A DNA stretch of 64,000 bases, taken from contig JAOPTW010000016.1 in NCBI GenBank assembly GCA_051532035.1, positions 1 to 64,000 of the forward strand. Direction: 5' to 3'. The notes under the pieces were generated by a model. It was not told the DNA's origin. It ran no database searches and saw nothing but the letters and a program-made list of their open reading frames with translations. Shown here one piece after another: positions 1-10,300 of the stretch. The position numbers and the translations under genes were made by a program. How positions within the stretch are numbered: position 1 is the stretch's first letter; the number at the start of each line of letters is the position of its first letter. Source of the stretch: Fibrobacterales bacterium (GTDB lineage Bacteria > Fibrobacterota > Fibrobacteria > Fibrobacterales > JAOPTW01).

Positions 1-127
1 TAGTAATAACACCTACTTGCTCGCCATCTGCGGCTATTACACGAACTTCAGGAACTCTGATTCTCTCGTTTACACGAGTTTTATCTTCAACCTTCTGTGG
101 CTTGACTCTTGGTCCTCTTCTTTGCAA
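1..127 (-). CDS. infC: Translation initiation factor IF-3, N-terminal part (runs off the window edge)
   Basis: Manual translation from TTG at 127: MQRRGPRVKPQKVEDKTRVNERIRVPEVRVIAADGEQVGVIT, with the IF3-N motif RVNERIRxxEVRVI. AAGGAG SD 5 nt upstream; lies downstream of thrS. Not in the ORF track. Confidence 0.92.
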   Translation of the reverse strand, partial: MQRRGPRVKPQKVEDKTRVNERIRVPEVRVIAADGEQVGVIT

Positions 128-233
128 AGAATCTCCTTGTTCAGTTACTTTTTAAAACGCTAAAAAAAGTGTGTTGCATATTTAGCTATATCTCATGATT
201 TATCAAGGGCTTAAAGTGATTCAATAGGAAAAT

Positions 234-2150
234 TTACGATCCTTTTTTATCAACTTCCTCAAGAAACCGTCCAATAGCTTCATCAATTAAAACTTCTCCA
301 ACATCGCCAACCTTCCGTTTCCGGATGGCAACCTTGCCAGATTCCATCTCTTTTTCGCCCACAATAAGCAAATATGGAACTTTGTGGTTTTCACCTTCAC
401 GGATTTTGTACCCAATTTTTTCATTACGTACATCTACTGTTGAGTAAAAACCAGCGGCTTTCATTTTTTTATTTACTTCTTCTGCATACTCGCAATATTT
501 ATCAGCAATAGGCAGTACGCGAATTTGTTCAGGGTGTATCCATAAAGGATAGTCACCAGCATAGTGTTCTGTCAATATCCCGAGGAACCGCTCAAATGAG
601 CCAAAAATAGCCCTGTGAAGCATCACTGGGCGCTTTTTATCGCCGTCAGCACCAACATAGTCAAGTTCAAATCGTTCAGGCATAGAGAAGTCAAGCTGAA
701 TAGTACCACACTGCCAACTTCTTTTAAGTGAGTCGCGAATATGGAAGTCAATCTTAGGCCCATAGAAAGCACCATCACCGGGATTGAGCTTATAGTTAAT
801 GCCTTTACGCTCGAGTGCAATACGGAGGGCCTCTTCAGCCTTATCCCACATAGAATCATCACCAATACGCATTTCCGGACGGGTAGATAGTTCTATTTCA
901 AAATCATCAAAGCCAAAATCTTCATATGTTTTTAATACAAATTCAATAGTATCAATTACTTCTTGTTCAATCTGTTCTTCGGTGCAAAAAATATGGGCAT
1001 CATCTTGAGTAAACATGCGTACTCTAAAGAGTCCATGCAATACACCCGCTTTTTCATGGCGGTGCACTTGTCCAAATTCAAAGTTTCTTATAGGGAGTTC
1101 ACGATACGAGTGTGGCTTATTTTTATATATAAGCATTCCACCCGGGCAGTTCATGGGCTTAACCGCATGTTCTACGTCATCAATATCAGTAAAATACATA
1201 TTATCCTGATATTTATCCCAGTGCCCTGACTGAAGCCAGAGCTCTTTATTCAGTATTGAAGGTGTTACCACTTCGTCATATCCACGATCAAGTGTTTCGG
1301 TGCGCATGTAGTCACGTACTTTATTATAAAGACGCATACCTTTTGCATGCCAAAAAGGGAAACCTTGCCCCTCTTGATGAAATGAGAAGAGATCAAGTTC
1401 TTTACCGATTTTACGGTGATCTCTTTTTTTAGCCTCTTCAAGGAGGTGTAGATACTCATCAAGAGCTTCTCGTGTCGTAAATGCGGTAGCATATAACCGT
1501 TGAAGCATTTTGTTGTTTTGATCGCCACGCCAATAAGCGCCGGCAACAGAAAGTAGTTTAAAATGTTTGACTTTACCACTATGGCCAACGTGAGGTCCAC
1601 GACAAAGATCGTCAAAAGAGTCGCCCTGTTCGTAATAACTCACCTGATCGTCATCAAAACCATCAAGAAGATCTACTTTATACGTCTCACCTTCTGAATC
1701 CCATTTAGCGCGCGCTTCTGCACGACTACACTCTACACGAACAAACGGAATCGACCTTTTAGAGATCTCTTTCATCTTTTTTTCGATTTTTGGAAAATCT
1801 TCTGGAGAGAACACATGTTCTGAATCAAAATCGTAGTAGAAGCCATCTTCAATAGTTGGACCAATAGCAAGAAGTGTCCCTGGATAGAGATCTTTAACCG
1901 CCATAGCCATCATGTGCGCTGTAGAGTGTCGAATGACTTCGAGGCCTTCAGGATCTGATTCAGTGATTATAGAGACCGTACTATCTGCAGTAATTTTGGC
2001 GTTAAGATCTTTGATCTCATCATTAACTTTAACTGCAACAGAAACCTTAGCAAGGTTTTTACTGATAGATTTTGCGATTTCAATTCCCGAAATTCCAGCA
2101 TCAAACTCTTTAGAGTTGCCGTCGGGAAAAGTGATAGCTACTTGGCTCAT
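234..2150 (-). CDS. thrS: Threonine--tRNA ligase
   Basis: TGS N-terminus, HSTAH editing motif, DLCRGPH, RDHRKIGKEL, KPMNCP, GAFYGPKID, WQCGTIQLDF. Confidence 0.98.
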   Translation of the reverse strand: MSQVAITFPDGNSKEFDAGISGIEIAKSISKNLAKVSVAVKVNDEIKDLNAKITADSTVSIITESDPEGLEVIRHSTAHMMAMAVKDLYPGTLLAIGPTIEDGFYYDFDSEHVFSPEDFPKIEKKMKEISKRSIPFVRVECSRAEARAKWDSEGETYKVDLLDGFDDDQVSYYEQGDSFDDLCRGPHVGHSGKVKHFKLLSVAGAYWRGDQNNKMLQRLYATAFTTREALDEYLHLLEEAKKRDHRKIGKELDLFSFHQEGQGFPFWHAKGMRLYNKVRDYMRTETLDRGYDEVVTPSILNKELWLQSGHWDKYQDNMYFTDIDDVEHAVKPMNCPGGMLIYKNKPHSYRELPIRNFEFGQVHRHEKAGVLHGLFRVRMFTQDDAHIFCTEEQIEQEVIDTIEFVLKTYEDFGFDDFEIELSTRPEMRIGDDSMWDKAEEALRIALERKGINYKLNPGDGAFYGPKIDFHIRDSLKRSWQCGTIQLDFSMPERFELDYVGADGDKKRPVMLHRAIFGSFERFLGILTEHYAGDYPLWIHPEQIRVLPIADKYCEYAEEVNKKMKAAGFYSTVDVRNEKIGYKIREGENHKVPYLLIVGEKEMESGKVAIRKRKVGDVGEVLIDEAIGRFLEEVDKKGS

Positions 2151-2175
2151 ACTCTTCTCTTTAGTTGAAAAAAAA

Positions 2176-2250
2176 TGGACGATACTGGATTCGAACCAGT
2201 GACCCCTACCTTGTCGAGGTAGTGCTCTAAACCAGCTGAGCTAATCATCC
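2176..2250 (-). tRNA. tRNA-Val(GAC), CCA not encoded
   Basis: Minus strand GGATGAT-TAGCTCAGCTGGTTTAGAGCA-CTACC TC GAC AA GGTAG-GGGTC-ACTGG TTCGAAT CCAGT-ATCGTCC-A: full cloverleaf with anticodon GAC. Confidence 0.96.
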
Positions 2251-2260
2251 GAGAGCCGTA

Positions 2261-2289
2261 AATTTAGTTTCTGAGGTGACCTCAGTCAA
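2261..2289 (-). promoter_or_regulatory. Putative sigma70 promoter for tRNA-Val/thrS
   Basis: TTGACT (2289-2284), 17-nt spacer, TAAATT (2266-2261), 10 nt upstream of the tRNA 5' end. Confidence 0.6.
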
Positions 2290-2353
2290 CTTATTTACAA
2301 TTATTTGTAACTATAGAAAGGAATTAACAAATTGTAAACAATTAACGAATACA

Positions 2354-3295
2354 TTACTCGTCAATTTGCTTGTCAATCCAATTTTCCATCTCAATCACCC
2401 GAGTCAGAGAACGTTCAAATTGCTCTTTCTCTTCTTCTGACAAGCTCACTTTGAGGATGCGTTCTACGCCATTACCACCCATTACAATAGGAGCACCACA
2501 ATAGACACCATTCACCCCATATTCACCTTCGAGTTTTACCACTGCGGTAAAGACTGAACGTTTATCGAGAAGATACGCGTCAACCATTTTAATAGCAGCA
2601 AGTGCGGTTGAATAGAAGGCTGAACCTGTTTTAAGAAGACTGATTACTTCACTTCCCGCCATAGCGGCACGTTTTGCAAGCTTATCAAAGGTTTCTTTCG
2701 TAATAAAGTCCCAAAGACCAATTCCTTGCACTGAACAGGCACTGTAAATGCCTACCATCTCATTGCCATGCCCACCCATAACCATTGCGTGAACATCCTC
2801 AGCACTAACCTGAAGCTCTTCTGCAATGAAACACGCAAGGCGTGACGAATCGAGAACACCAGCCTGACCCACAACCTTATTAGGAGAAAATCCGGTGATT
2901 TTTTGCATAGCATAGACTAACGGATCAACAGGATTAGTAACGACAATGACCATAGCATTTGGGGCACGATTGCGAATTTCTATCCCAATTTTTTTGATAA
3001 TCTGGTAGTTCAGTTCTAAAAGATCTTCACGAGACATACCAATGCGTCTCGGAAGTCCTGCAGTCACTACTACAATATCAGAATCATTGATATCTTCATA
3101 ATCATTGGTACCAATAACTGTCGTTGCCGAAGGCATCATAGATCTTCCGGTAAGAATATCGAGCGCTTTACCCTGAGGCAAACCTTCGACCACATCAAAC
3201 AGCACTACATCACCAAATTGCTCTTGTGCAAGAAGCAATGCCATGGTACCACCAATTTGTCCAGCCCCAATTAACGATATTTTTTTACGTAACAT
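2354..3295 (-). CDS. mdh: Malate dehydrogenase (LDH-like family)
   Basis: GAGQIGG Rossmann motif, AGLPRRIGMSREDL substrate loop with Arg, VTNPVD, LDSSR, GGHG; co-oriented with sucCD. Confidence 0.9.
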   Translation of the reverse strand: MLRKKISLIGAGQIGGTMALLLAQEQFGDVVLFDVVEGLPQGKALDILTGRSMMPSATTVIGTNDYEDINDSDIVVVTAGLPRRIGMSREDLLELNYQIIKKIGIEIRNRAPNAMVIVVTNPVDPLVYAMQKITGFSPNKVVGQAGVLDSSRLACFIAEELQVSAEDVHAMVMGGHGNEMVGIYSACSVQGIGLWDFITKETFDKLAKRAAMAGSEVISLLKTGSAFYSTALAAIKMVDAYLLDKRSVFTAVVKLEGEYGVNGVYCGAPIVMGGNGVERILKVSLSEEEKEQFERSLTRVIEMENWIDKQIDE

Positions 3296-3309
3296 CTTAA
3301 CCCTTTCTA

Positions 3310-4197
3310 TTATTTTACTAATCCAGCAGCTTGCATAGCTTCCATCATCTTGTCACCAATCTCTGCAGCAGTATCTGCAACATAGACGCCTGCATCTTTA
3401 AGGGCTTTAATTTTACCCTCTGCAGTACCAGCATTACCTTCGATGATAGCGCCCGCATGACCCATGCGCTTTCCTTTTGGTGCTGTTTGACCAGCAATAA
3501 AACCAGCACACGGCTTGTCTACATGGTTTTTGATGTACTCTGCAGCGATCTCTTCGTCCGCACCACCAATTTCACCAATAAGAACAATCCCCTCTGTTTC
3601 TGGGTCTTCATTAAACATTTTTATCACATCAATATGGCTCAATCCATGAACAGGATCACCACCAATACCAATTGCAGTCGTTTGACCAAGTCCATTAAGC
3701 GTTGTTTGATGGACCGCTTCATAGGTAAGAGTACCTGAACGCGAAAGCACACCAATACGGCCTTTCTTGTGGATTTGACCAGGGGCAATGCCCACTTTAC
3801 ATACATCAGAAGTCACTAAACCAGGACAGTTAGGGCCAATGAGGATTGAATTATACTTCTCAAGCTCAGCCCTTACTTTTACCATATCCATAACAGGAAT
3901 ACCTTCGGTAATAGCTACAATAAGCTCAACACCAGCTTGTGCCGCTTCAATAATTGCCGCACCAGCAAATGGTGGCGGTACAAAAATCATAGACGTATTT
4001 GCACCTTCCGCATCAACGACTTCTTTTACTGAATTAAAGACAGGAAAGCCTTCTACGGTTTGTCCACCTTTTTTAGGGGTAACACCACCAACAACATTAG
4101 TGCCATATTCACGACATTTGATTGAGTGAAAAAGTCCCGCTTTACCGGTAATACCTTGTGTGATGAGTCGTGTATTTTCGTTAATTAAAATTGCCAT
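3310..4197 (-). CDS. sucD: Succinyl-CoA synthetase alpha subunit
   Basis: [28 protein letters not shown] (phospho-His). Confidence 0.97.
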   Translation of the reverse strand: MAILINENTRLITQGITGKAGLFHSIKCREYGTNVVGGVTPKKGGQTVEGFPVFNSVKEVVDAEGANTSMIFVPPPFAGAAIIEAAQAGVELIVAITEGIPVMDMVKVRAELEKYNSILIGPNCPGLVTSDVCKVGIAPGQIHKKGRIGVLSRSGTLTYEAVHQTTLNGLGQTTAIGIGGDPVHGLSHIDVIKMFNEDPETEGIVLIGEIGGADEEIAAEYIKNHVDKPCAGFIAGQTAPKGKRMGHAGAIIEGNAGTAEGKIKALKDAGVYVADTAAEIGDKMMEAMQAAGLVK

Positions 4198-4206
4198 GAT
4201 TACTCC

Positions 4207-5361
4207 TTATACCAACTCTGAAACTTTCTGTGCACCGTCTGCCATAGTTTTAGCACCAACGATATTCAACCCCGACTCATTTATGATCTTGAGCCCTTCA
4301 TCAACATTTGTCCCTTCAAGACGTACAACAAGAGGAAGGGTCAGGCCTATTTTTTTAGTCGCAGCAATAATACCATTTGCAATAATATCGCACTTCATAA
4401 TGCCACCAAAAATATTAACGAGTATCGCTTTCACTTTAACATCGGATGATATAAGTTTAAAAGCTTCGGTAACCGCTTCTTCTGTTGCCGATCCACCAAC
4501 ATCAAGAAAATTCGCCGGCTCTTGTCCATAATATTTAATAATATCCATAGTTGCCATTGCTAGACCTGCGCCATTTACCATGCAACCGATATTACCATCA
4601 AGCTCAATATAACTCATGTTATATTTGTCTGCCTCAACTTCGTTCTCTGACTTCTCAGCAACGGGGTCTCCACCAGAATCACCCTGACGGAATACAGCAT
4701 TGTCGTCGATCTCAAATTTACAGTCGAGAACCTTTAACTCATCTTTATCATTAATAACCAAAGGATTAATTTCGAGAAGTGTACAGTCACGCTCAACAAA
4801 TACTTTGAATAGCTTTTTAAGCATGTCATCAAACTGAGTCGCAAGCGAACCTTTGAGGTTCATAAAAGCGGCAGCTTCTGCTGAAATTTCCGAAGTAATG
4901 CCATCAACAATAGATGGATAAAGCTTTAAGATTTTCTCAGGCATCTCTTCTGCAATTTCTTCAATCTCCATACCACCCTCTTCAGAGAGCATGATTACCA
5001 CACTACCTTTGGTGCGATCAACCATCATTGCAAGATAGAGCTCAGTTTCAATAGCAGTATCAACAGTAATAAGTACTGAATCAACGAGAACCCCTTCAGG
5101 CCCTGTTTGATGAGTTACAAGCGTCATACCAAGCATACCTTCAGTAAGCTTTTCAGCTTCTTCGAGTGCAGTAAAAAACTTCACACCACCAGCTTTACCA
5201 CGCCCTCCAGTAAAAGCTTGCGCTTTAACCAGGCCATTGGTGACATTCAATTCTGTCAGAGCCGCTGCTACATCTGTTACGCTATCTACCATTTTGCAGG
5301 CAGGTACGGGAAGCTCAGCTTTTGCAAGGAGAGCTTTTGCTTGATATTCATGTAACTTCAT
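4207..5361 (-). CDS. sucC: Succinyl-CoA synthetase beta subunit
   Basis: MKLHEYQAK, GGRGKAGGVK, NGAGLAMATMD, NIFGGI, VRLEGTN. Confidence 0.97.
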   Translation of the reverse strand: MKLHEYQAKALLAKAELPVPACKMVDSVTDVAAALTELNVTNGLVKAQAFTGGRGKAGGVKFFTALEEAEKLTEGMLGMTLVTHQTGPEGVLVDSVLITVDTAIETELYLAMMVDRTKGSVVIMLSEEGGMEIEEIAEEMPEKILKLYPSIVDGITSEISAEAAAFMNLKGSLATQFDDMLKKLFKVFVERDCTLLEINPLVINDKDELKVLDCKFEIDDNAVFRQGDSGGDPVAEKSENEVEADKYNMSYIELDGNIGCMVNGAGLAMATMDIIKYYGQEPANFLDVGGSATEEAVTEAFKLISSDVKVKAILVNIFGGIMKCDIIANGIIAATKKIGLTLPLVVRLEGTNVDEGLKIINESGLNIVGAKTMADGAQKVSELV

Positions 5362-5576
5362 AAAATCTTTTCAAAAATGTAATATGTAACTATGATAATA
5401 AAAAAACGACACTTTTCAAGACGAAGATTACAAATCTGTAAGAGTTCCATTGCTGAACGAGTTAAAACCTTCAAAAAGAGGGTAAACAATTAAATGGCAA
5501 TGGTGATATAAAATCATCTTGACTCTTCTATGAGATAATGAGATAATGAGGGGAGCAAAATCAATGAGACCCTTTT

Positions 5577-5975
5577 GTGAAATTTTTAATAGTAGAAGAC
5601 GATCCAATTGCCTTAAATGTATTAACATTACTTCTAAAGGATTATGGCATTGTAGACATTGCCCGAGATGGCCGTGAGGGAATTAACATTTTTAGGGAAG
5701 CACATCAAAGAAAAGCCTTCTTTGATGTGGTCTTTTTAGACATCATGATGCCTCACATTGATGGGCATGAAGTACTTGAGTCAATACGATCTCTTGAGAA
5801 AGAAGCAAAAATTGAAGGCTCTGCAGGAACTAAAATAGTTATGTGCTCAGCTCTTGATGATTCTAAAAATGTAATAAAAGCATTTAGGAATCAATGTGAA
5901 GGCTATTTGACGAAACCAATACAAAAAAAAGATATAGAAGAACAACTCAAAAAGCTTTCACTCCTCTCAGATTGA
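5577..5975 (+). CDS. Single-domain response regulator (REC)
   Basis: LIVEDD, FLDIMMP (phospho-Asp), YLTKP; 132 aa with no output domain. Confidence 0.9.
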   Translation: MKFLIVEDDPIALNVLTLLLKDYGIVDIARDGREGINIFREAHQRKAFFDVVFLDIMMPHIDGHEVLESIRSLEKEAKIEGSAGTKIVMCSALDDSKNVIKAFRNQCEGYLTKPIQKKDIEEQLKKLSLLSD

Positions 5976-5982
5976 TAGAATA

Positions 5983-6378
5983 CTACGTTAAATCCGATAT
6001 AAAGGTGTCTGCCAGCACTTCATTCATAGCAAAGAGCGCTTTGCCCAGTACAGAATGAATTTTGCAAATAGAAAATTCAAAACAGCTTTCAGAGTCTTCC
6101 ATACAGTCAAGAATAGTAATAGGCCCCTCAACCGCCTCTATTACGGATAAAACGGATATACAGGAAGGTAATCTATCAAGACGATTACCACCCTTTGCAC
6201 CAGAAAATGACTTAACAATATCATGCTTTACCAAATCACCGATAACATTTTGTAGCACTTTCAATGAAAGCTTTTGTTGAGCTGCAACTTCTTTTGCCGA
6301 CACGAGCGCCTCTTCTTCTTGACGCGCAAGATAGATGAGAAACTGTAGGGCATATTCTGTTCTTTTAGTGAGTTTCAT
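5983..6378 (-). CDS. Rrf2-family transcriptional regulator (three Cys, likely Fe-S)
   Basis: MKLTKRTEYAL, SFSGAKGG, VIEAVEG, CMEDSESCFEFSIC. Confidence 0.88.
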   Translation of the reverse strand: MKLTKRTEYALQFLIYLARQEEEALVSAKEVAAQQKLSLKVLQNVIGDLVKHDIVKSFSGAKGGNRLDRLPSCISVLSVIEAVEGPITILDCMEDSESCFEFSICKIHSVLGKALFAMNEVLADTFISDLT

Positions 6379-6386
6379 AGAGCCCC

Positions 6387-7238
6387 CTATTTTTTAAAAA
6401 GTCTTTGATATGGTACAAGTGAAAACAGCGTAGGCACCAATAGAAGAACAACAACCAAATATCCAGCTAACAGTGCTATCCCCGTAATAGGCACCACAAT
6501 GGGAACCATCAAAGAAGGGATAAAGCCTAGCCCTATAAAGATAAGGGCGCCAGTTGATATTTTTGAAATAGAAGGAATAAAATGAGTATAGAACAGGGCA
6601 ATGGAACCAAGTTTGGGTTTGCCTTTCTCGACTTCTTGGCCTATAGAGCTCACAACAATAAAGAGGTCACCCATGATAAGAGCAAGAAACAGAACCCACC
6701 CCAAGGTCAAGGCTGTTTTACCGAGCGCCGCAAGGGGTATCACTATTTCGAGATAGAGTGCCGTAGCGGCAAAGAGAGTGAGCAATATTGGGAGTAACGA
6801 GAGTGTCCATTTATACTTTAGTGTAAAGAAGAGTACAATTGCTATGCCACCAACGCCATACAAGTAAGGTATACACTCCTCTTTTGACCCTTCGTATAGA
6901 AGCGCAATAAGAAGAAATACCGGTATAAATAGAAGCTGCACCAGAGTTGTGCTCCATGAGACCATAAGAGCACGTGCTATGAAATACCCCAACAAGGCAA
7001 AGGCAGGAACTAACAGAACCGCTCCATAGACCTCTATGAGCATTGATACAAAGAGTGAAATATCCGATGGCACAAGGATATACCGAGATATGAGCGCACC
7101 CGATTTTTCTACAAAGGGAGCGATTTCAATTGAATGCACAGCATACAGTACAACAAAAAAAAGAAGAAGAGGTAACCGAAAGCGGAGGAGTGCTTCTGAA
7201 AAACGTCGAGCAGGGGCGATTTTATCCCGTAAATCCAT
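6387..7238 (-). CDS. Multi-pass membrane protein, function unknown
   Basis: 283-aa ORF with many hydrophobic segments; 8 nt from the Rrf2 start. Confidence 0.7.
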   Translation of the reverse strand: MDLRDKIAPARRFSEALLRFRLPLLLFFVVLYAVHSIEIAPFVEKSGALISRYILVPSDISLFVSMLIEVYGAVLLVPAFALLGYFIARALMVSWSTTLVQLLFIPVFLLIALLYEGSKEECIPYLYGVGGIAIVLFFTLKYKWTLSLLPILLTLFAATALYLEIVIPLAALGKTALTLGWVLFLALIMGDLFIVVSSIGQEVEKGKPKLGSIALFYTHFIPSISKISTGALIFIGLGFIPSLMVPIVVPITGIALLAGYLVVVLLLVPTLFSLVPYQRLFKK

Positions 7239-7325
7239 ATGATTCCATAGAGTGGGTAATTGTCTACATAAAAAGTAGCATTTTAATCCCGTTTACAAAG
7301 AGCAATTGAGATTCTTGGGATCAGT

Positions 7326-10300
7326 TTAGCGCGAAATTACAAGTTTTTGAATTTTCGAGTACTCCGCATTACCATCGTCCCGGGGAACGGAATAGAAGAC
7401 TTTGTAAAAATAGACCCCATTAGCAAGGTAATTACCCCACTCATCACGGCCATCCCAAGTAGTTCTTCCCGAATAAGCTTGAGGGATCATCTTCACCAAT
7501 TTCCCTCTTTGATTGTAAATCTTGATAGAAGCACGATAAAAATCACTATTCATGGACTTAAAATAAAATGTTGTACTGCTTTTTAATGGGTTTGGAACCG
7601 AGTAGAGATCAATGAGGCCACTGGTGAGGGTACCAGTCAACTCTATAGTATACTCTCTCACCGTTTTATTACCGAGTAAGTCAGTCGCCGTAATTTTGAG
7701 TGGCATCGTACCTGGTTCAAATAGCTTATCAGTAAATTCCAGCCTGAAAACTGCTTTTTTGGAGCGTTGCTCTAAGTAGATAGGCCGTAGATTATTCCAA
7801 ACAGTGTCGGCTGAGTAAAATATTCCCCGGCCTTCACTTGAGGTAAAGTCGAGAGCCAAAGAGTCACTCACCATAATCTGAATGCAGCCATTAAGGGCTA
7901 TGGTTATAGTGCTGGAGAGATAGTGTTCACTATAATCAGCATCAACACAGTTACTCGCTACAATATCGGGAGCCTGAGTATCACTTATGGAATCAGCAAA
8001 AGGAGATCGTTTACCCAGTACAATACTCTCTGAGTAATGCCAGCCAGATCTACCACTCCCCTCTTCCCAAAAATAAGCTCTTAATTTTGCCTGCTCTCCT
8101 TCACGAATATCACTCGGCGAAAGAAAGGTCGTTGAGAACTGCCCTGCAACAAGGGGGACTAATTCACTATAAAGCAGCCGCCCATTCATCTGATCATGTT
8201 CATTTCGGGTATCACTGTAATCATCAAAATCATCGTCGTTATCTATCCACTCGATCTCGAGCGCTTTTGTAGTGTCAGCCTCATGGAGTGTGAGGGAGAC
8301 CATGCCATTTCCACCTCGTGAATAACCAGAGAGAGACCCTGAGAGGGTTATAGAGTCGAGTCCCATAAGAGTGTCAGGGGTAGTAAAATTTTGTATTGAA
8401 AGGCTAGGCGATGGCACCCTCAACACCGGCTCTCCCAAAAGAAGGTACTTTAAATCATTAAAACGATCACCACTATGATTATTCTCACTTATTTTTGCAA
8501 CATGAAGGGCTTCGCCAAGAGTAACGGTCCGAGTTGTATCAAAAACAGCTTCAGTTACGAGCTGACCAAAGACCCCATTTCTATTTGAGTAAGACTCACG
8601 CAAAGCACCAATACTTGCTATAGCGCCTTTGCCTGGATCTCGCACAAACCGCTCACCAAGTACATTCCCTTTTCCATCCTCGAAACGCCCAACCGTGCAG
8701 GAGAAGGAACCGAGAATCGTCAATTTTTTACGATTATAGAGCTTTCCGAGCTCTCGAGACCTCAGAAGCTCTTCATCAGACCAACCAACAGTCCCGCCAT
8801 GGCCGTAAAACGTAGTATAGAGCTGTCCATCATTAAGAAGTCTCGTTAAATTTTTGGATGCCACCGGTGTTACTCTCGAATAATTGCGCATGTAATCGTG
8901 TAAAAAGAAATGTTCAGTATTGCGAGCAGGCTGTAAAGCACGCACAGCCTCATACAAGTTGTTTGACTGCACATCGTGATTTTGTATGCCGTCATGTTGC
9001 TGAATCGAATCATTTTTATACTGATAAAAATCATCAGAGACAAAGAGCGCTCTATTTCTCCACGGCCCATTATCCTTTTGGGCGCCATCTTCGTACTCTA
9101 CAATTTTAGTAATGTACGCTGATGCATCTGCTTCTGTTTCGACAGGAACACGCCCCACATACAAGTCTCGTAAATACTCACCAAAAGGGCACTCTTCACC
9201 CGCATCTAATACAGTAAAAAAATCTTCCGCGGCCACAGACTCAATTTCATACGGGGGGAGCGGATTAACCCGATTGGTACCATTAAGATTTCGATAATCA
9301 TAGTGCCCATCCCCAAATAAAAGAACATGAGTCAACTGAGGATGCTTTGTTAAGTAATAGCGAATATAATCTCTCAGTGCAACAGGTGAGACCCTGCCCG
9401 AGCTATACATTCGATAAATATCCTCAGCGGTCACTACTTCTGTGGTAATACTATACCCTGCACGACCACTTTCACGAAATTGCTTAAGACTCCAAGCCTG
9501 CGCTTGAAAAGCTTCCGGGGTAATTATGAGGTATTCAGCACCAGGAATTGTGGTGATATCTTGAGAAACAAAAGGAGGAGACAGTATCGGGACAATGGAA
9601 TCTACAGACCGAACATCACTGGGCTTGAAAAGGTAATAGCGTACCTCTTCTGGATTTGAGAGGGTATCTGTAAATGAGCCATTAGGCACAGCATGGAGTG
9701 ATACTGCCTCATGAGACTCGATGCGCAGTGCGTAGAGGTCACTGGTATCACCTACAAGGTTCACCGTATTTGCACCAGGGGTGAGTGTTGGGTCGATATA
9801 CCGTCCACCTGATTGATACATCAGCTGAGAAGGGTACGCAAGTGAATAGCCATCAAAGCGCTGCCCATGATCATCTATAGCACTATTATTAACAATGAGT
9901 CTATAGAAATTGTATTCATTTTCTAATGCATCAGTCTGAAACCACTGGGTGTTGCCCGTTATAGGTATCGCGTTTCCAATGGAGGTAACCTCTTCTTTAT
10001 TCACTCTAAAAGTAAATGATATATTAAAGAGTCGCTCTGCCATTGAGAGTGTTGAGCGATCAAACTTCCCTGTTCCTGATTTAGAGCGCATCGGCTGAAA
10101 GCTAACGCCGATGTAGGCTGTTTGTCCGGGAATGAGATCGGGTAACTTTTTGATTGACTCATCAAGAAGTTGTTGATTCATGAGGGAATCTATAACTTTA
10201 GGCTTAAACCACTTCCAAAACCACTCCTTACCAGACTCCCGGTCAAGTTTCATTTCGTTGGAATCTGAAAAATACCCATCCCACAACCGAGAGTCTTTCT

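Noticed and set aside
2151..2175. T-box or thrS translational operator
   Set aside because: Only 25 nt separate the tRNA from the thrS start.
5185..5192. E. coli Chi site (GCTGGTGG, minus strand), given recBCD in the window
   Set aside because: I noticed one occurrence, inside sucC Gly codons. There is no visible enrichment, and Chi sequences are lineage-specific.
5240..5258. TGACA...TGTCA inside sucC
   Set aside because: The spacer is 8 nt and the site is within coding sequence, so it does not match the N5 box.
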